From assembly GCA_026387335.1 (NCBI GenBank), contig JAPLLX010000001.1, forward strand, positions 106,620-170,619: 64,000 nt of DNA, written 5' to 3'. The notes under the pieces were generated by a model, which saw only the letters and a program-made list of their open reading frames with translations, was not told the origin of the DNA and made no database searches. A program made the position numbers and the translations under genes. Within the stretch, counting starts at the first letter, position 1. Every line of letters starts with the position of its first letter. Shown piece by piece: positions 1 to 9,824 of this stretch. The DNA comes from Candidatus Omnitrophota bacterium. GTDB lineage: Bacteria > Omnitrophota > Gorgyraeia > Gygaellales > Profunditerraquicolaceae.

Positions 1-2
1 CC

Positions 3-395
3 TGGCCCTATAAAATTGCGTTCTTTGACCAAAAGCCGCCGCTTCGCTGCTATAAAGAAGCCAAACAGCATTGCATCCAATCTTATCACCGCATTAATAA
101 TTTACAGGAGATGCTGGTTTGTTTGAGCCAGGGTTATCCTTTTGTTTTTGGTTTTGCTGTTTACGAAAGTTTTGAGAGCCCGGCCGTAAAACGCAGTGGT
201 GTCGCGAATATGCCTAAAAAAGGAGAGCGCGTTTTAGGCGGCCATGCGGTAATGGCAATTGGCTATAATCAGAAAGAAAAAAGATTTTTAGTGCGCAACT
301 CTTGGGGAAAGCAATGGGGCAAGGCAGGTTATTTCACAATGCCTTTTGAATATCTGGAAACCTTAGCCGCGGATTTCTGGACAATACGGAAATGA
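3..395 (+). CDS. C1A papain-like cysteine peptidase, C-terminal part (5' end outside window)
   Basis: Frame is open from base 3 (WPYKIAFFDQKPP...); catalytic His motif GGHAVMAIGY and Asn motif FLVRNSWG. Confidence 0.9.
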   Translation, partial: WPYKIAFFDQKPPLRCYKEAKQHCIQSYHRINNLQEMLVCLSQGYPFVFGFAVYESFESPAVKRSGVANMPKKGERVLGGHAVMAIGYNQKEKRFLVRNSWGKQWGKAGYFTMPFEYLETLAADFWTIRK

Positions 396-656
396 CAGTG
401 TTCCATTGAATGTTACGAAGAAAATGCCTAGCAAAAAAAGCATTATTAAAGCTAGAAATCTCTTGGGAGCAGTTTGTACTCAACGGAAATAGTGTCCATA
501 AAAAAAGGTAAAATGAAGGTATCTATTCCTGAAGGGTGCGCTATAAGACGAACGCGAAGTATTGGAGTTGTGTTTTGGGATGGGCAAAGTGGAATTTGAA
601 TTTGCTATAAGAACCGTTCTTGCGGCTAGTTGAAAGGTTCATGTAATATAACTATT

Positions 657-1421
657 ATGATGAAAGAGCTTAGAAGAACCATAATAAGTATGGCAACCAA
701 CTCAGGAGAGGGGCATATTCCTAGTGCTCTGTCAATCCTTGATATTTTGTGGGTGCTTTATGATCGCATCCTTAAAATCGATGCAGCTAACCCCAAAAGT
801 CAAACACGTGACAGGTTCATTTTGAGTAAGGGTCATGCGTCCCTTGGGTTATATGCAATCCTTGCGAAAAAGGGATTCTTTCCCTGGGCGGAACTCGAAA
901 ATTTCGGAAAGTATAATAGTTTATTGGGTGGTCACCCAGACCGTAACAAAGTTCCCGGAGTAGAGACATCAACAGGATCCCTTGGTCATGGCTTTCCAAT
1001 GAGCGTAGGGATTGCATTAGGTCTTAGGATAAAAAAAATACATTCTAAGGTATTTGTTCTTATAGGTGATGGAGAAGCTAATGAGGGAACAATCTGGGAA
1101 TCTGCACTTCTTGCAGCGCACCATAACTTATCAAATTTATGCTGCATAGTAGATTATAATCATTCTACAGATCGGGCGCTGAAGGTCGGTGACATGGTCT
1201 CAAAGTTTAAAGCATTCGGTTGGAAAAGTTTTTCAATTAATGGACATGATCATGAAGAAATATATTCCGCGTTATCTTTTCGACATGATTCAAGCCCATT
1301 GGCCGTCGTAGCTGAGACTATCAAGGGGTATGGATGCAAAATAATGGAAAATAATCCGGAATGGCATCACAAGTCTCCGCGAAAGGAAGACCTTCCTGCT
1401 ATTTTGGAGCAGTTATCATGA
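657..1421 (+). CDS. Transketolase-like ThDP enzyme, N-terminal subunit (copy 1)
   Basis: GHIPSALS, RDRFILSKGH, STGSLGHG and ThDP motif GDGEANEG...VDYN; ATG at 657/660 preferred over TTG 630. Confidence 0.9.
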   Translation: MMKELRRTIISMATNSGEGHIPSALSILDILWVLYDRILKIDAANPKSQTRDRFILSKGHASLGLYAILAKKGFFPWAELENFGKYNSLLGGHPDRNKVPGVETSTGSLGHGFPMSVGIALGLRIKKIHSKVFVLIGDGEANEGTIWESALLAAHHNLSNLCCIVDYNHSTDRALKVGDMVSKFKAFGWKSFSINGHDHEEIYSALSFRHDSSPLAVVAETIKGYGCKIMENNPEWHHKSPRKEDLPAILEQLS

Positions 1422-2305
1422 ACATGAGGCAGCAATTGGTAAAAACGGTAGAGTCCATTTTAGCACAAGATGAGCGTCTTGTGTTATTGCTTGGGGACAT
1501 TGGAGTTTTTGGCTTTAGAAAAGCGTTTAAATCATTCTTCGATCGTGTATATAATATTGGTATTCTTGAACAGTCGACAATCAGTCTTGCTGCGGGCTTA
1601 TCAATGGAGAGTCTTATTCCGGTAGTCCATACCATTGCGCCATTTATAGTGGAAAGATGCCTTGAGCAATTAAAAATTGATTTTTGCTATCAGAAGCTTG
1701 GGGGTAATTTTATCAGTGTTGGATCTTCTTATGATTATGCAGCTTTAGGATGCACGCATCATTGTCCGGGTGACGTGGGGATATTGAAAAATCTTCCAGG
1801 TATGGAGATTATTTTACCGGGCACAGCGGGCGAGCTCGATATCCTTTTTCGACAGGTTTACGCAAATAATAATCCTACTTATTTTCGGTTAAGTGAAATG
1901 CAGAATAGCGCTGAACATAAGGTAAACTTTGGCAAGGCAGAAGTTATAAAGCAAGGAGAACAGGCAACGGTAATAGCGGTAGGGCCTATCCTGGATGCGG
2001 TTATTGCTGCCTGCAAAGAGATTGATGCCACAATTTTATATTATACGACAGTTATTCCATTTGATGCTGATACACTGAAAAAAAATGCAGTAACTGCAAA
2101 AATAATACTTTGTGAACCATATTACAGCGGAGTCTTATCTTCTGAAATTTTACATGCGATGAATCCAAGACCGATTACATTAGAATGTATTGGTATTCCA
2201 TATAAAATGTTGACTAATTATGGTCTGGCAGCCGACCATGATGATTGTCTTGGTTTAACATCATCTAAAATTAGAGAAAAGATAGTTGAGTTCATATATG
2301 CATAA
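1418..2305 (+). CDS. Transketolase-like ThDP enzyme, C-terminal (pyrimidine-binding + C) subunit (copy 1)
   Basis: NIGILEQ, ERCLEQ, GCTHH, PTYFRL; ATGA overlap with upstream stop at 1418-1421. Confidence 0.9.
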   Translation: MNMRQQLVKTVESILAQDERLVLLLGDIGVFGFRKAFKSFFDRVYNIGILEQSTISLAAGLSMESLIPVVHTIAPFIVERCLEQLKIDFCYQKLGGNFISVGSSYDYAALGCTHHCPGDVGILKNLPGMEIILPGTAGELDILFRQVYANNNPTYFRLSEMQNSAEHKVNFGKAEVIKQGEQATVIAVGPILDAVIAACKEIDATILYYTTVIPFDADTLKKNAVTAKIILCEPYYSGVLSSEILHAMNPRPITLECIGIPYKMLTNYGLAADHDDCLGLTSSKIREKIVEFIYA

Positions 2306-3329
2306 GCTTGTTGACATTATTATGGGGGATGTAGAAAAGATTTGCAATAAGGTAAGCTTTGATGGAATTATTGGCAAGACCATCTTAATTACAGGCGCCT
2401 CTGGTCTAATTGGCGGATATTTCATAGCATGTCTTAAGTTTCTTTCTCAAATGCGCAATATTAGATTTACTACTATTGCCGTGATGCAGAATGAACCTAT
2501 TCCCTATTTAAAAGAATTACTGGACTTTGATAATGTAAACATCTATCTCGGTGATTTAACCAGTGCTGATTTTATTGGTAAATTACCTGAAGCCAACATT
2601 ATTATACATGCTGCAGGATATGGGCAGCCAGGCAGATTTTTGCAGGATCAGATAAAGACCTTAAAGCTGAATACCTTTTCTACGTTTATGCTTTTCGATA
2701 AATTGGCGGAAAACGGTAAATTTTTATTTTTCAGCACAAGTGAGCTTTATAGTGGTCTAAGTAATCCGCCTTTTAAAGAACATGAGATTGGCACAACAAA
2801 CACGGCTCATTCAAGGTCCTGTTATATTGAGGCTAAAAGATGCGGCGAGGCAATATGTAATGCGTATAGGATAAAAGGAGTAAATGCAAAGTCGGTTCGT
2901 TTAGCCCTTGCTTACGGGCCCGGAACAAGACCAGGAGACATGAGGGTATTAAACTCTTTTATTGAGAAGGCATTAAATGGACAAATTACGCTCCTTGATC
3001 AAGGTCAAGCAAAACGTACATATTGCTATATCTCTGATGCAATAGAGATTATGTGGAATGTGTTATTGTTTGGTAAAGACTCTATTTACAATGTCGGCGG
3101 AAATTCTCGAATTACAATCGGAGAATTGGCGCACAAGATAGGAAGCTATTTAAATGTACCTGTAATTTTTCCGGCAGATATTCAGGATATGGCAGGGGCA
3201 CCAGATGATGTTTATTTAGATATGACAAAAGTACAGCAGGAATTTGGGAAAAATAAATATGTATCGTTGGACGAAGGTCTTGCAAATACAATTGAGTGGC
3301 AAAAAGCCCTTTATGGGATAAGCAGTTAA
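2298..3329 (+). CDS. NAD-dependent epimerase/dehydratase, UDP-glucuronate decarboxylase-like
   Basis: GASGLIG, STSELY, RSCYIEAKR (compare UXS RSCYDEGKR), YGPG. Confidence 0.8.
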   Translation: MHKLVDIIMGDVEKICNKVSFDGIIGKTILITGASGLIGGYFIACLKFLSQMRNIRFTTIAVMQNEPIPYLKELLDFDNVNIYLGDLTSADFIGKLPEANIIIHAAGYGQPGRFLQDQIKTLKLNTFSTFMLFDKLAENGKFLFFSTSELYSGLSNPPFKEHEIGTTNTAHSRSCYIEAKRCGEAICNAYRIKGVNAKSVRLALAYGPGTRPGDMRVLNSFIEKALNGQITLLDQGQAKRTYCYISDAIEIMWNVLLFGKDSIYNVGGNSRITIGELAHKIGSYLNVPVIFPADIQDMAGAPDDVYLDMTKVQQEFGKNKYVSLDEGLANTIEWQKALYGISS

Positions 3330-3361
3330 GAAATCTAAGTTACCTAAGAAGAGTAAATAAA

Positions 3362-4282
3362 ATGGATAAAACATTGGTAACAGGTGCAAATGGGTTAGTC
3401 GGATATGCTATTAGAAAGCTGAATTTGCCGAACTTTGAGTATGTTACTCATGAAAATGTCGATTTAACTGATTTCGAAAAAACAAAATATATATTCGAAA
3501 AAGTAAAACCAACTCGCGTTATCCATCTTGCGGCGGTAGTCGGAGGCATTGGCGGTAACATAATTCATTCCGGCGAATACTTTAGAAACAATGTAATGAT
3601 CAATACGAATGTTTTGGAATGTTCCCGTATTTGTGGAGTAAGAAAACTAATATCATTCATGTCTACTTGCGTATTTCCGGATAAATGCAACTTTCCATTA
3701 AATGAAAAAGATATTCACAATGGACCGCCTCATCCGTCGAACTTTGGATATGCCTACGCAAAGCGTATGTTAGATGTACAAAGTAGCGCGTATAGAAAAG
3801 AATGGTGTTGCGATTACATCGTTGCTATTCCGACTAATATCTATGGGCCAAATGACAATTGGAGTCTTGAAGATGGGCATGTAACGCCCGCACTTATCCA
3901 CAAGTGTTTTATTGCTAAAAGAGATGGGCTAGATTTGACAGTATGGGGGAGTGGTGAACCATTACGTGAGTTTGTATTATCCGTTGATATCGCCAAACTT
4001 TCCGTCTGGGCACTCGAAAACTATAAAGAAGATTCACCCATTATATTTTCTTCTGGAGTTGAGATTAGTATAAAGAAATTAGTTGAGCTTATTACAGCTA
4101 AAATGAAATTTAAAGGTGACGTGATTTTTGATTTATCGAAGCCGGATGGGCAATTTCGTAAACCTTCTGATACAACAAAATTACGTAATTATTATCCAGA
4201 TTTTGAATTTACATCCATTGAAAGAGGTGTCGAAGAGACTGTTGACTGGTTTGAATCAAATTATCCAAATGTGAGAATGTAA
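3362..4282 (+). CDS. fcl: GDP-L-fucose synthase-like epimerase/reductase
   Basis: HLAAVVGGI, STCVFPD, YAYAKR, PTNIYGPND, WGSGEPLREF, KPDGQ. Confidence 0.85.
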   Translation: MDKTLVTGANGLVGYAIRKLNLPNFEYVTHENVDLTDFEKTKYIFEKVKPTRVIHLAAVVGGIGGNIIHSGEYFRNNVMINTNVLECSRICGVRKLISFMSTCVFPDKCNFPLNEKDIHNGPPHPSNFGYAYAKRMLDVQSSAYRKEWCCDYIVAIPTNIYGPNDNWSLEDGHVTPALIHKCFIAKRDGLDLTVWGSGEPLREFVLSVDIAKLSVWALENYKEDSPIIFSSGVEISIKKLVELITAKMKFKGDVIFDLSKPDGQFRKPSDTTKLRNYYPDFEFTSIERGVEETVDWFESNYPNVRM

Positions 4283-4285
4283 AAG

Positions 4286-5236
4286 ATGGACGGAGTTTAT
4301 ATGAGGAATGAAAACATAAGAACTTTAACTTTTAAAGATTTTGAGGATCTATTCAAAGATACCCTCTCTGATTTTGTAAGAGAGAAAATAGGTGAATATT
4401 CACTCAAATATTATGACATAACAGATGCAGAAAGAGATACATGTATAAAAAAAATCGTCGCTGCGTTAATAGGCAAAAATCTTATTAAGGCAGGAGAACA
4501 TAGATTCGAGCAATGGGAAGTGGGGTGGAAGGAAAACCTAAAAAATGTAATTGAAAGCCAAGATATTGACTCAATTATTCCGAATTATTTTGGCAAGTAT
4601 GATTACGTTAGAATCAACAGGAAGTTTGTGAAGCCAGCCTCCAAAGATTTTGAGTATCGTACGCTCTGTGTTATTGTTGATTGGCTATTTGATAAGTATA
4701 TAAGAGAGGTCGATACTATCTACGAGTTTGGGTGTGGCACGGGCTATCATTTACTTAGAGCAAGAGAGGTGAATTTAACAGCAACTCTATGGGGTCTTGA
4801 TTGGGCACCTGCATCACAAGAAATTATTAACCAACTATCTTCAAAAGGGATTGATTCAAAATTATACGCACACAGATTTGATTATTTTAATCCTGATACG
4901 GATTTTTCGTTAGATAAGAATTCGGTAGTATATACAGTTGCTTCGTTGGAACAAATTGGCTCTAAATTTAAAAAATTTGTCAACTACTTAATAAAAAATA
5001 AACCAAAATTTTGTATTCATGTTGAGCCAATTTCTGAACTCCTGGATGAGAATGACTTAATAGATTATTTGTCTATTGAATATTTTAAGAAGCGAAATTA
5101 TCTTTCAGGCTTTTTGACTTACTTGCGGAACTTGGAAAAGAAAAGTCAAATAAAAATTCTCAAAGCGCAAAGAACTTTCGTGGGAAGTCTCTTTATAGAA
5201 GGATATTCCTTGGTTGTTTGGACGCCATGTATTTGA
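4286..5236 (+). CDS. Class I SAM-dependent methyltransferase
   Basis: Motif I EFGCGTG, GLDW; alternative start ATG 4301 behind GGAG. Confidence 0.75.
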   Translation: MDGVYMRNENIRTLTFKDFEDLFKDTLSDFVREKIGEYSLKYYDITDAERDTCIKKIVAALIGKNLIKAGEHRFEQWEVGWKENLKNVIESQDIDSIIPNYFGKYDYVRINRKFVKPASKDFEYRTLCVIVDWLFDKYIREVDTIYEFGCGTGYHLLRAREVNLTATLWGLDWAPASQEIINQLSSKGIDSKLYAHRFDYFNPDTDFSLDKNSVVYTVASLEQIGSKFKKFVNYLIKNKPKFCIHVEPISELLDENDLIDYLSIEYFKKRNYLSGFLTYLRNLEKKSQIKILKAQRTFVGSLFIEGYSLVVWTPCI

Positions 5237-5286
5237 TTATTAGAAGATTGCGCTCTATCAAAACAGGCGTTATTATCTTAGCAACA

Positions 5287-5310
5287 TGTCCACTAAATAG
5301 GGACAGGTCA
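5287..5310 (+). mobile_element. Isolated IS3-family-like right inverted repeat
   Basis: TGTCCACTAAATAGGGACAGGTCA resembles IS3 ends (TGTCC...GGG..AGGTCA); last 14 bp match 21915-21928 at 12/14. Confidence 0.5.
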
Positions 5311-5315
5311 AATAG

Positions 5316-6227
5316 ATGAAATTATCACCTATAGCTTTATTTGTTTATAATCGACTTCGGCATCTTCAGCAGACAATAGAATCTTTAAAAATTAACCATT
5401 TAGCAAAGGAAAGTGAACTTTATGTTTTTTCCGATGGACCCAAGGATAAGGAAGCCGAAGAAGAGGTTAAGGGGGTTAGGGAATACCTAAAAAGTATAAG
5501 CGGATTCAAGGATGTGTCGATACATGAAAATAAGGATAACCTTGGGACGTCTAAGAATATTATAAAAGGGGTTACTAGTATTCTTAATGAACATGGCAAG
5601 GTCATAGTATTGGAAGACGATCTACAGTTTTCTCCATATTTCCTTAAGTTTATGAATGATGCGCTGAAATTATATGAAAATGAATCAAAGGTTATAAGTG
5701 TCTGTGGATACATGTATCCCGTAAAGATAAATAATTGCGAGACGCTTTTCTTGAGAATACCGGATTGCTGGGGGTGGGCAACATGGAAGAGGGGCTGGGA
5801 TCTATTTGCAGATAACGGAAAACAATTGTACGATGGGCTTAAAGCTAAGAAGCTGTTTAGAAGGTTTAATTTAGACGGGAGCTTTAATTATGTCAAAATG
5901 CTTAAAAGCCAGTTTCAGGGAAAGAATGATTCCTGGGCTATCCGTTGGTATGCCGCTGCTCTGCTAAACGATAAACTTTCTCTGTACCCATCGAAAACAT
6001 TGGCTATGAATATGGGCTTTGATTGCTCCGGAAGGCACGGCGGAGCTGTTGATTATTTCAAGTCAGAATTATCAAAAGATGAGCCTTCGGTCAATAAAAT
6101 TCCTATTGTTGAGAATCAAGAAGCGGTTAGAAAATTAGGTTTTTTTTGGTGGAACCAAAAGTTCAATTTTAATAAGAAGATACCGGGTTTTTTTCGCAAA
6201 ATTAAACACACATGGTTAAAGATATAA
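5316..6227 (+). CDS. Glycosyltransferase, GT-A fold (GT2-like)
   Basis: PIALFVYNR, FSDGPK, IVLEDD, CWGWATW, NDSWAIRW. Confidence 0.85.
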   Translation: MKLSPIALFVYNRLRHLQQTIESLKINHLAKESELYVFSDGPKDKEAEEEVKGVREYLKSISGFKDVSIHENKDNLGTSKNIIKGVTSILNEHGKVIVLEDDLQFSPYFLKFMNDALKLYENESKVISVCGYMYPVKINNCETLFLRIPDCWGWATWKRGWDLFADNGKQLYDGLKAKKLFRRFNLDGSFNYVKMLKSQFQGKNDSWAIRWYAAALLNDKLSLYPSKTLAMNMGFDCSGRHGGAVDYFKSELSKDEPSVNKIPIVENQEAVRKLGFFWWNQKFNFNKKIPGFFRKIKHTWLKI

Positions 6228-6652
6228 TTAGAATAACAAATAAGGGAAGATTACTAGCGATAATAATCAAGGCAAAGTTTAAGCAGGATGGCCTTAAATT
6301 CTTTGTTCCGAATGAATATCCGCAACAACTTGCTTATATGGGAAGGCCCAAAGGTTACGTAATCAATTCTCATATCCATAATCCGGTTTCCAGAAGTATT
6401 AATATTACGCAAGAAACGCTCTTTATTAGAAGCGGTAAGGTAAGAGTGGACTTTTATGACGAAAAGAAACATTATATAGAGAGCAGAATTGTTCAGCAGG
6501 GGGACGTAGTGTTTTTGCCTTTTGGCGGGCATGGTTTTGAATTTATGAAAGATGGGGAAATTATCGAAGTCAAACAGGGGCCATTTCTTAAGAAAATACA
6601 ATCAGTAAAGTTTGAGCCTGTTAAGAAAGAAAAGTTAAAACTAAAAAAATGA
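6212..6652 (+). CDS. Cupin-fold metalloprotein (sugar isomerase-like), function unknown
   Basis: HIH...QE...GGHGF...EVKQGP metal-binding pattern; coupled to the aminotransferase. Confidence 0.65.
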   Translation: MVKDIIRITNKGRLLAIIIKAKFKQDGLKFFVPNEYPQQLAYMGRPKGYVINSHIHNPVSRSINITQETLFIRSGKVRVDFYDEKKHYIESRIVQQGDVVFLPFGGHGFEFMKDGEIIEVKQGPFLKKIQSVKFEPVKKEKLKLKK

Positions 6653-7773
6653 TACCTGTTAATGAGTTTTCTTTAGTCGGAAATGAAGCCAAATATTTGA
6701 AGGAATGCGTGGATAGCGGATGGATTTCCTCCGAAGGGCCGTTTGTCCGCAGATTCGAAGAAGAATTTGCTTCTTTTGTCGGAGTTAAATATGGCATTGC
6801 GGTTTGCAATGGCACAGCAGCGTTAGAAACAGCGCTTTTTGCCTTAGGGATAAAAGCCGGCGATGAAGTTATAATGCCTTCCTTTACTATCATTTCTTGT
6901 GCGATCGCCTGCATTCGTTTAGGCGCGAAACCGGTTTTGGTTGACATAGAGCCGGATAATTGCACAATTGATGTTAATCAGATTGAAGGGCGGATAACGC
7001 CAAAAACAAAAGCAATTATGCCGGTACATATCTATGGCCATCCGGTTGATATGGATAAAGTATTTGAGTTGGCGGAAAAGTATAAACTGAAAATAATAGC
7101 CGATTTTGCGGAAGCACAGGGAGCCCAATACTACAGTAATAAAAAGAGAAAATGGATGCAGTGCGGAGCAATGAGCGATGTTTCCGCCACTAGTTTTTAC
7201 GCTAATAAGATCATAACTACCGGAGAAGGGGGTATGGTTGTTACCGATAACCCGGAGTATGCCGGTAAATCCAGGGCTTATAGAAATTTATGTTTTGGGA
7301 TTGATGAACGGTTCAGCCATGATGAGCTTGGATATAATTTCAGGATGACTAACCTGCAGGCGGCGATCGGAGTCGCCAGGCTTGAGCAGGTGGATAAATT
7401 TATTAAGATCAAAAGAAAATTGGCGGAACATTATAAAACACGTTTAGCTGAAATTAAACAAATCAGATTTTTGACTGAGAAATCTTACGCTAAATCAGTC
7501 TATTGGGTATATGCGATAGAGCTAAAACCCGAATTTGGAGTAGATGCTAAAGAGCTCATGGTTAGGCTTAGAAAATACGGCGTAGAAACACGTCCTTTTT
7601 TTAAAGGGATGCATACTCAACCTGTTTTTGTTAAATCGGGATTATTTCGAGGGGAAAAATATCCCAATACTGATTTTGCTTATAAATATGGGCTTTATTT
7701 GCCAAGCGGTTTGGCCCTGACAGAAAATCAGATCGATAAAGTTGTTGAAGCCCTGAGAGAAGCATTAAAATAA
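6649..7773 (+). CDS. per: DegT/DnrJ/EryC1 aminotransferase, GDP-perosamine synthase-like
   Basis: GWISSEG, NGTAAL, PVHIYG, PLP Lys in SFYANKIITTGEGG, GYNFRMTNLQAA, LPSG. Confidence 0.8.
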   Translation: MIPVNEFSLVGNEAKYLKECVDSGWISSEGPFVRRFEEEFASFVGVKYGIAVCNGTAALETALFALGIKAGDEVIMPSFTIISCAIACIRLGAKPVLVDIEPDNCTIDVNQIEGRITPKTKAIMPVHIYGHPVDMDKVFELAEKYKLKIIADFAEAQGAQYYSNKKRKWMQCGAMSDVSATSFYANKIITTGEGGMVVTDNPEYAGKSRAYRNLCFGIDERFSHDELGYNFRMTNLQAAIGVARLEQVDKFIKIKRKLAEHYKTRLAEIKQIRFLTEKSYAKSVYWVYAIELKPEFGVDAKELMVRLRKYGVETRPFFKGMHTQPVFVKSGLFRGEKYPNTDFAYKYGLYLPSGLALTENQIDKVVEALREALK

Positions 7774-8535
7774 ATGAAGAATTTCGTTAAATACGCCAGA
7801 TATTATAACCTTCTTTATCGAGATAAGGACTATAAAAAAGAAGCGGATTACGTAGATTATTTAATCACGCATTATTCCGGCAGACGAAACAAAAAATTGC
7901 TTGATGTAGGTTGTGGCACTGGTAATCACGACATTTGGTTCGTTAAGAAAGGATATAAGGTAGTTGGAATTGATAGATCAAGCGAAATGATTGCTATAGC
8001 CAAAAAAAGGTTTTCAGAAGAGAATAGTTTAGAATTTAGTATCCACGATGTTTCAAAGTTTTCTTTACGTAAAAAATTTGATATCGCAGTTTCGCTGTTT
8101 CATGTAATGAGTTATTTAACCGCTAATGAAGCATTCGTTAAGAGTTTGACAAATATTAGTAGTCATCTAAAAAAAGGCGGGTTATTCATCTTTGATTTTT
8201 GGTATGGTCCCGCCGTATTGACGCAAAGGCCGATAAAGAAGATAAAAGAGGCTCAGGATAAAAACGTTAAGATTAAGCGTATAGCTATTCCGAAGATTAA
8301 TTCTGATGAGAATACCGTAGATGTAGAATATGAGAGCGTAGTACTAAATAAAAATAAAGGTTTAACTAAAGTGATTAAAGAGCGCCATAAGATGCGGTAT
8401 TTCTTTCTGCCGGAACTGGATTTTATGTTAAGGAATACCGGTTTTAAGATTGTAAAAAGCCTTAAGTGGTTGAGCCTAAAAGAAGGTCTCACTCCTAAAA
8501 GTTGGAGCGGAGTAATAATTGCTAAAAAGGATTAA
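7774..8535 (+). CDS. Class I SAM-dependent methyltransferase (possible amino-sugar N-methyltransferase)
   Basis: LDVGCGTG, YY..KDY..E, FDFWYGPAV; abuts aminotransferase stop. Confidence 0.8.
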   Translation: MKNFVKYARYYNLLYRDKDYKKEADYVDYLITHYSGRRNKKLLDVGCGTGNHDIWFVKKGYKVVGIDRSSEMIAIAKKRFSEENSLEFSIHDVSKFSLRKKFDIAVSLFHVMSYLTANEAFVKSLTNISSHLKKGGLFIFDFWYGPAVLTQRPIKKIKEAQDKNVKIKRIAIPKINSDENTVDVEYESVVLNKNKGLTKVIKERHKMRYFFLPELDFMLRNTGFKIVKSLKWLSLKEGLTPKSWSGVIIAKKD

Positions 8536-8541
8536 ATAGAT

Positions 8542-9750
8542 ATGAAAATAGCGGTTATCTCTACGAAGGGTAAAATGGAAGGCGGAGCCTTCCAGTATTC
8601 CTTATCGCTTTCCCGTTTATTAAAAGAGAATAATTCTGAAAAATATAATTTTATCTTTTTTACCACGGTTAAAGAAAATGTAAGGTTATTCGCTAAATAT
8701 GGCCCCACTTTTAATTATCTGCGTTGGTCGAACATAGACAGGTTTAAGAATTTGTTATTTAGCTCGCAGATATTAAGCGGCGTATTGGCAAAATTCAGGA
8801 TAAGTCCCGAATCTAGAATCGACCGTATTTTAAAAAAGCATAATATTGATTTGGTTTATTTTCTTAATCCTTCGGATTTGGCTCTTGCCGTTAGCAGATT
8901 AAATTATATTTTTACAATCTGGGATTTATGCTTTCTTGACTTTATGGAGTTTCCTGAGGTATACGCGAACAGGGAATTTGAGAGAAGGAATAGCTTATAT
9001 CGCTTTGCGCTTCCTAAAGCCGTCAAGGTTATTGCGGACTCAGAGTTTACTAAAAGAAATATTATTAAGAAATATTGTCTTGATGAGGCGAGGGTTGTTT
9101 CTTTGCCTTTGTTGTCTTCAGTAGGAATAAACGTAGTTGAGCAGGAAAATCACGCGGGGTACATTAATATCCGAAAAAAATATAATATTAATGGGAAATA
9201 TATTTTCTATCCTGCCCAATTTTGGCCCCATAAAAATCATATTTATATTTTGGAAGGATTAAAATTATTAAAGGAAAAGTATGAGATGATAATCCATGTA
9301 ATTTTTGCCGGTTCCGACAAGGGTAATTTATCCTTCATATTAAGAAAAGCGGAAGAATTTGGTATAGCTGACCAGATTCATTATGTAGGTTTTGTGGGGG
9401 ATAATGAGCTGCCTTATCTTTATACTCAGGCATTAGCTTTAGTTATGCCGACTTATTTTGGTCCGACAAACCTGCCGCCCTTGGAAGCATTTAAGCTAGG
9501 TTGTCCGGTTTTATATTCGGATTTACCAGGATTAAACGAACAAGTTAAGGATGCGGCATTGTTATTGGATTTGAATAATCCCGAGAGCCTATGTAAAGGA
9601 TTACTTAAGGTCCTAAATGACACGGCAAGTATTGATACCCTTATCAAAAATGGAAAGAAAAAAATCGAAGCGCTGGAAAACGAAAATTATTGGCGGATAT
9701 TAAAAGATGCATTTGATGATTACAGCCAGAAAATGAAGTGCTGGAAGTAG
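8542..9750 (+). CDS. Glycosyltransferase family 4
   Basis: FYPAQFWPHKNH, PTYFGPTNLPPLEA. Confidence 0.9.
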   Translation: MKIAVISTKGKMEGGAFQYSLSLSRLLKENNSEKYNFIFFTTVKENVRLFAKYGPTFNYLRWSNIDRFKNLLFSSQILSGVLAKFRISPESRIDRILKKHNIDLVYFLNPSDLALAVSRLNYIFTIWDLCFLDFMEFPEVYANREFERRNSLYRFALPKAVKVIADSEFTKRNIIKKYCLDEARVVSLPLLSSVGINVVEQENHAGYINIRKKYNINGKYIFYPAQFWPHKNHIYILEGLKLLKEKYEMIIHVIFAGSDKGNLSFILRKAEEFGIADQIHYVGFVGDNELPYLYTQALALVMPTYFGPTNLPPLEAFKLGCPVLYSDLPGLNEQVKDAALLLDLNNPESLCKGLLKVLNDTASIDTLIKNGKKKIEALENENYWRILKDAFDDYSQKMKCWK

Positions 9751-9824
9751 TTCTTATTGGAAATTAAACATAATCTTGAGCTGTCTAATAAGGATTAAAC
9801 TTTGTCTTAAGACTGGTAAAAAAC

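Noticed and set aside
492-600. GTGTCCATAAAAAAAGGTAAAATGA (IS3-end-like) and a short ORF with FWDGQ (IS66 TnpB-like)
   Set aside because: The end lacks the terminal CA and the peptide match is too short to support either call
596-658. Sigma70-like boxes: TTGAAA-N17-TATTAT (630-658) and extended -10 TGCTATAAG (603-611)
   Set aside because: The first would start transcription inside the CDS; such matches are frequent in AT-rich DNA and cannot be confirmed here
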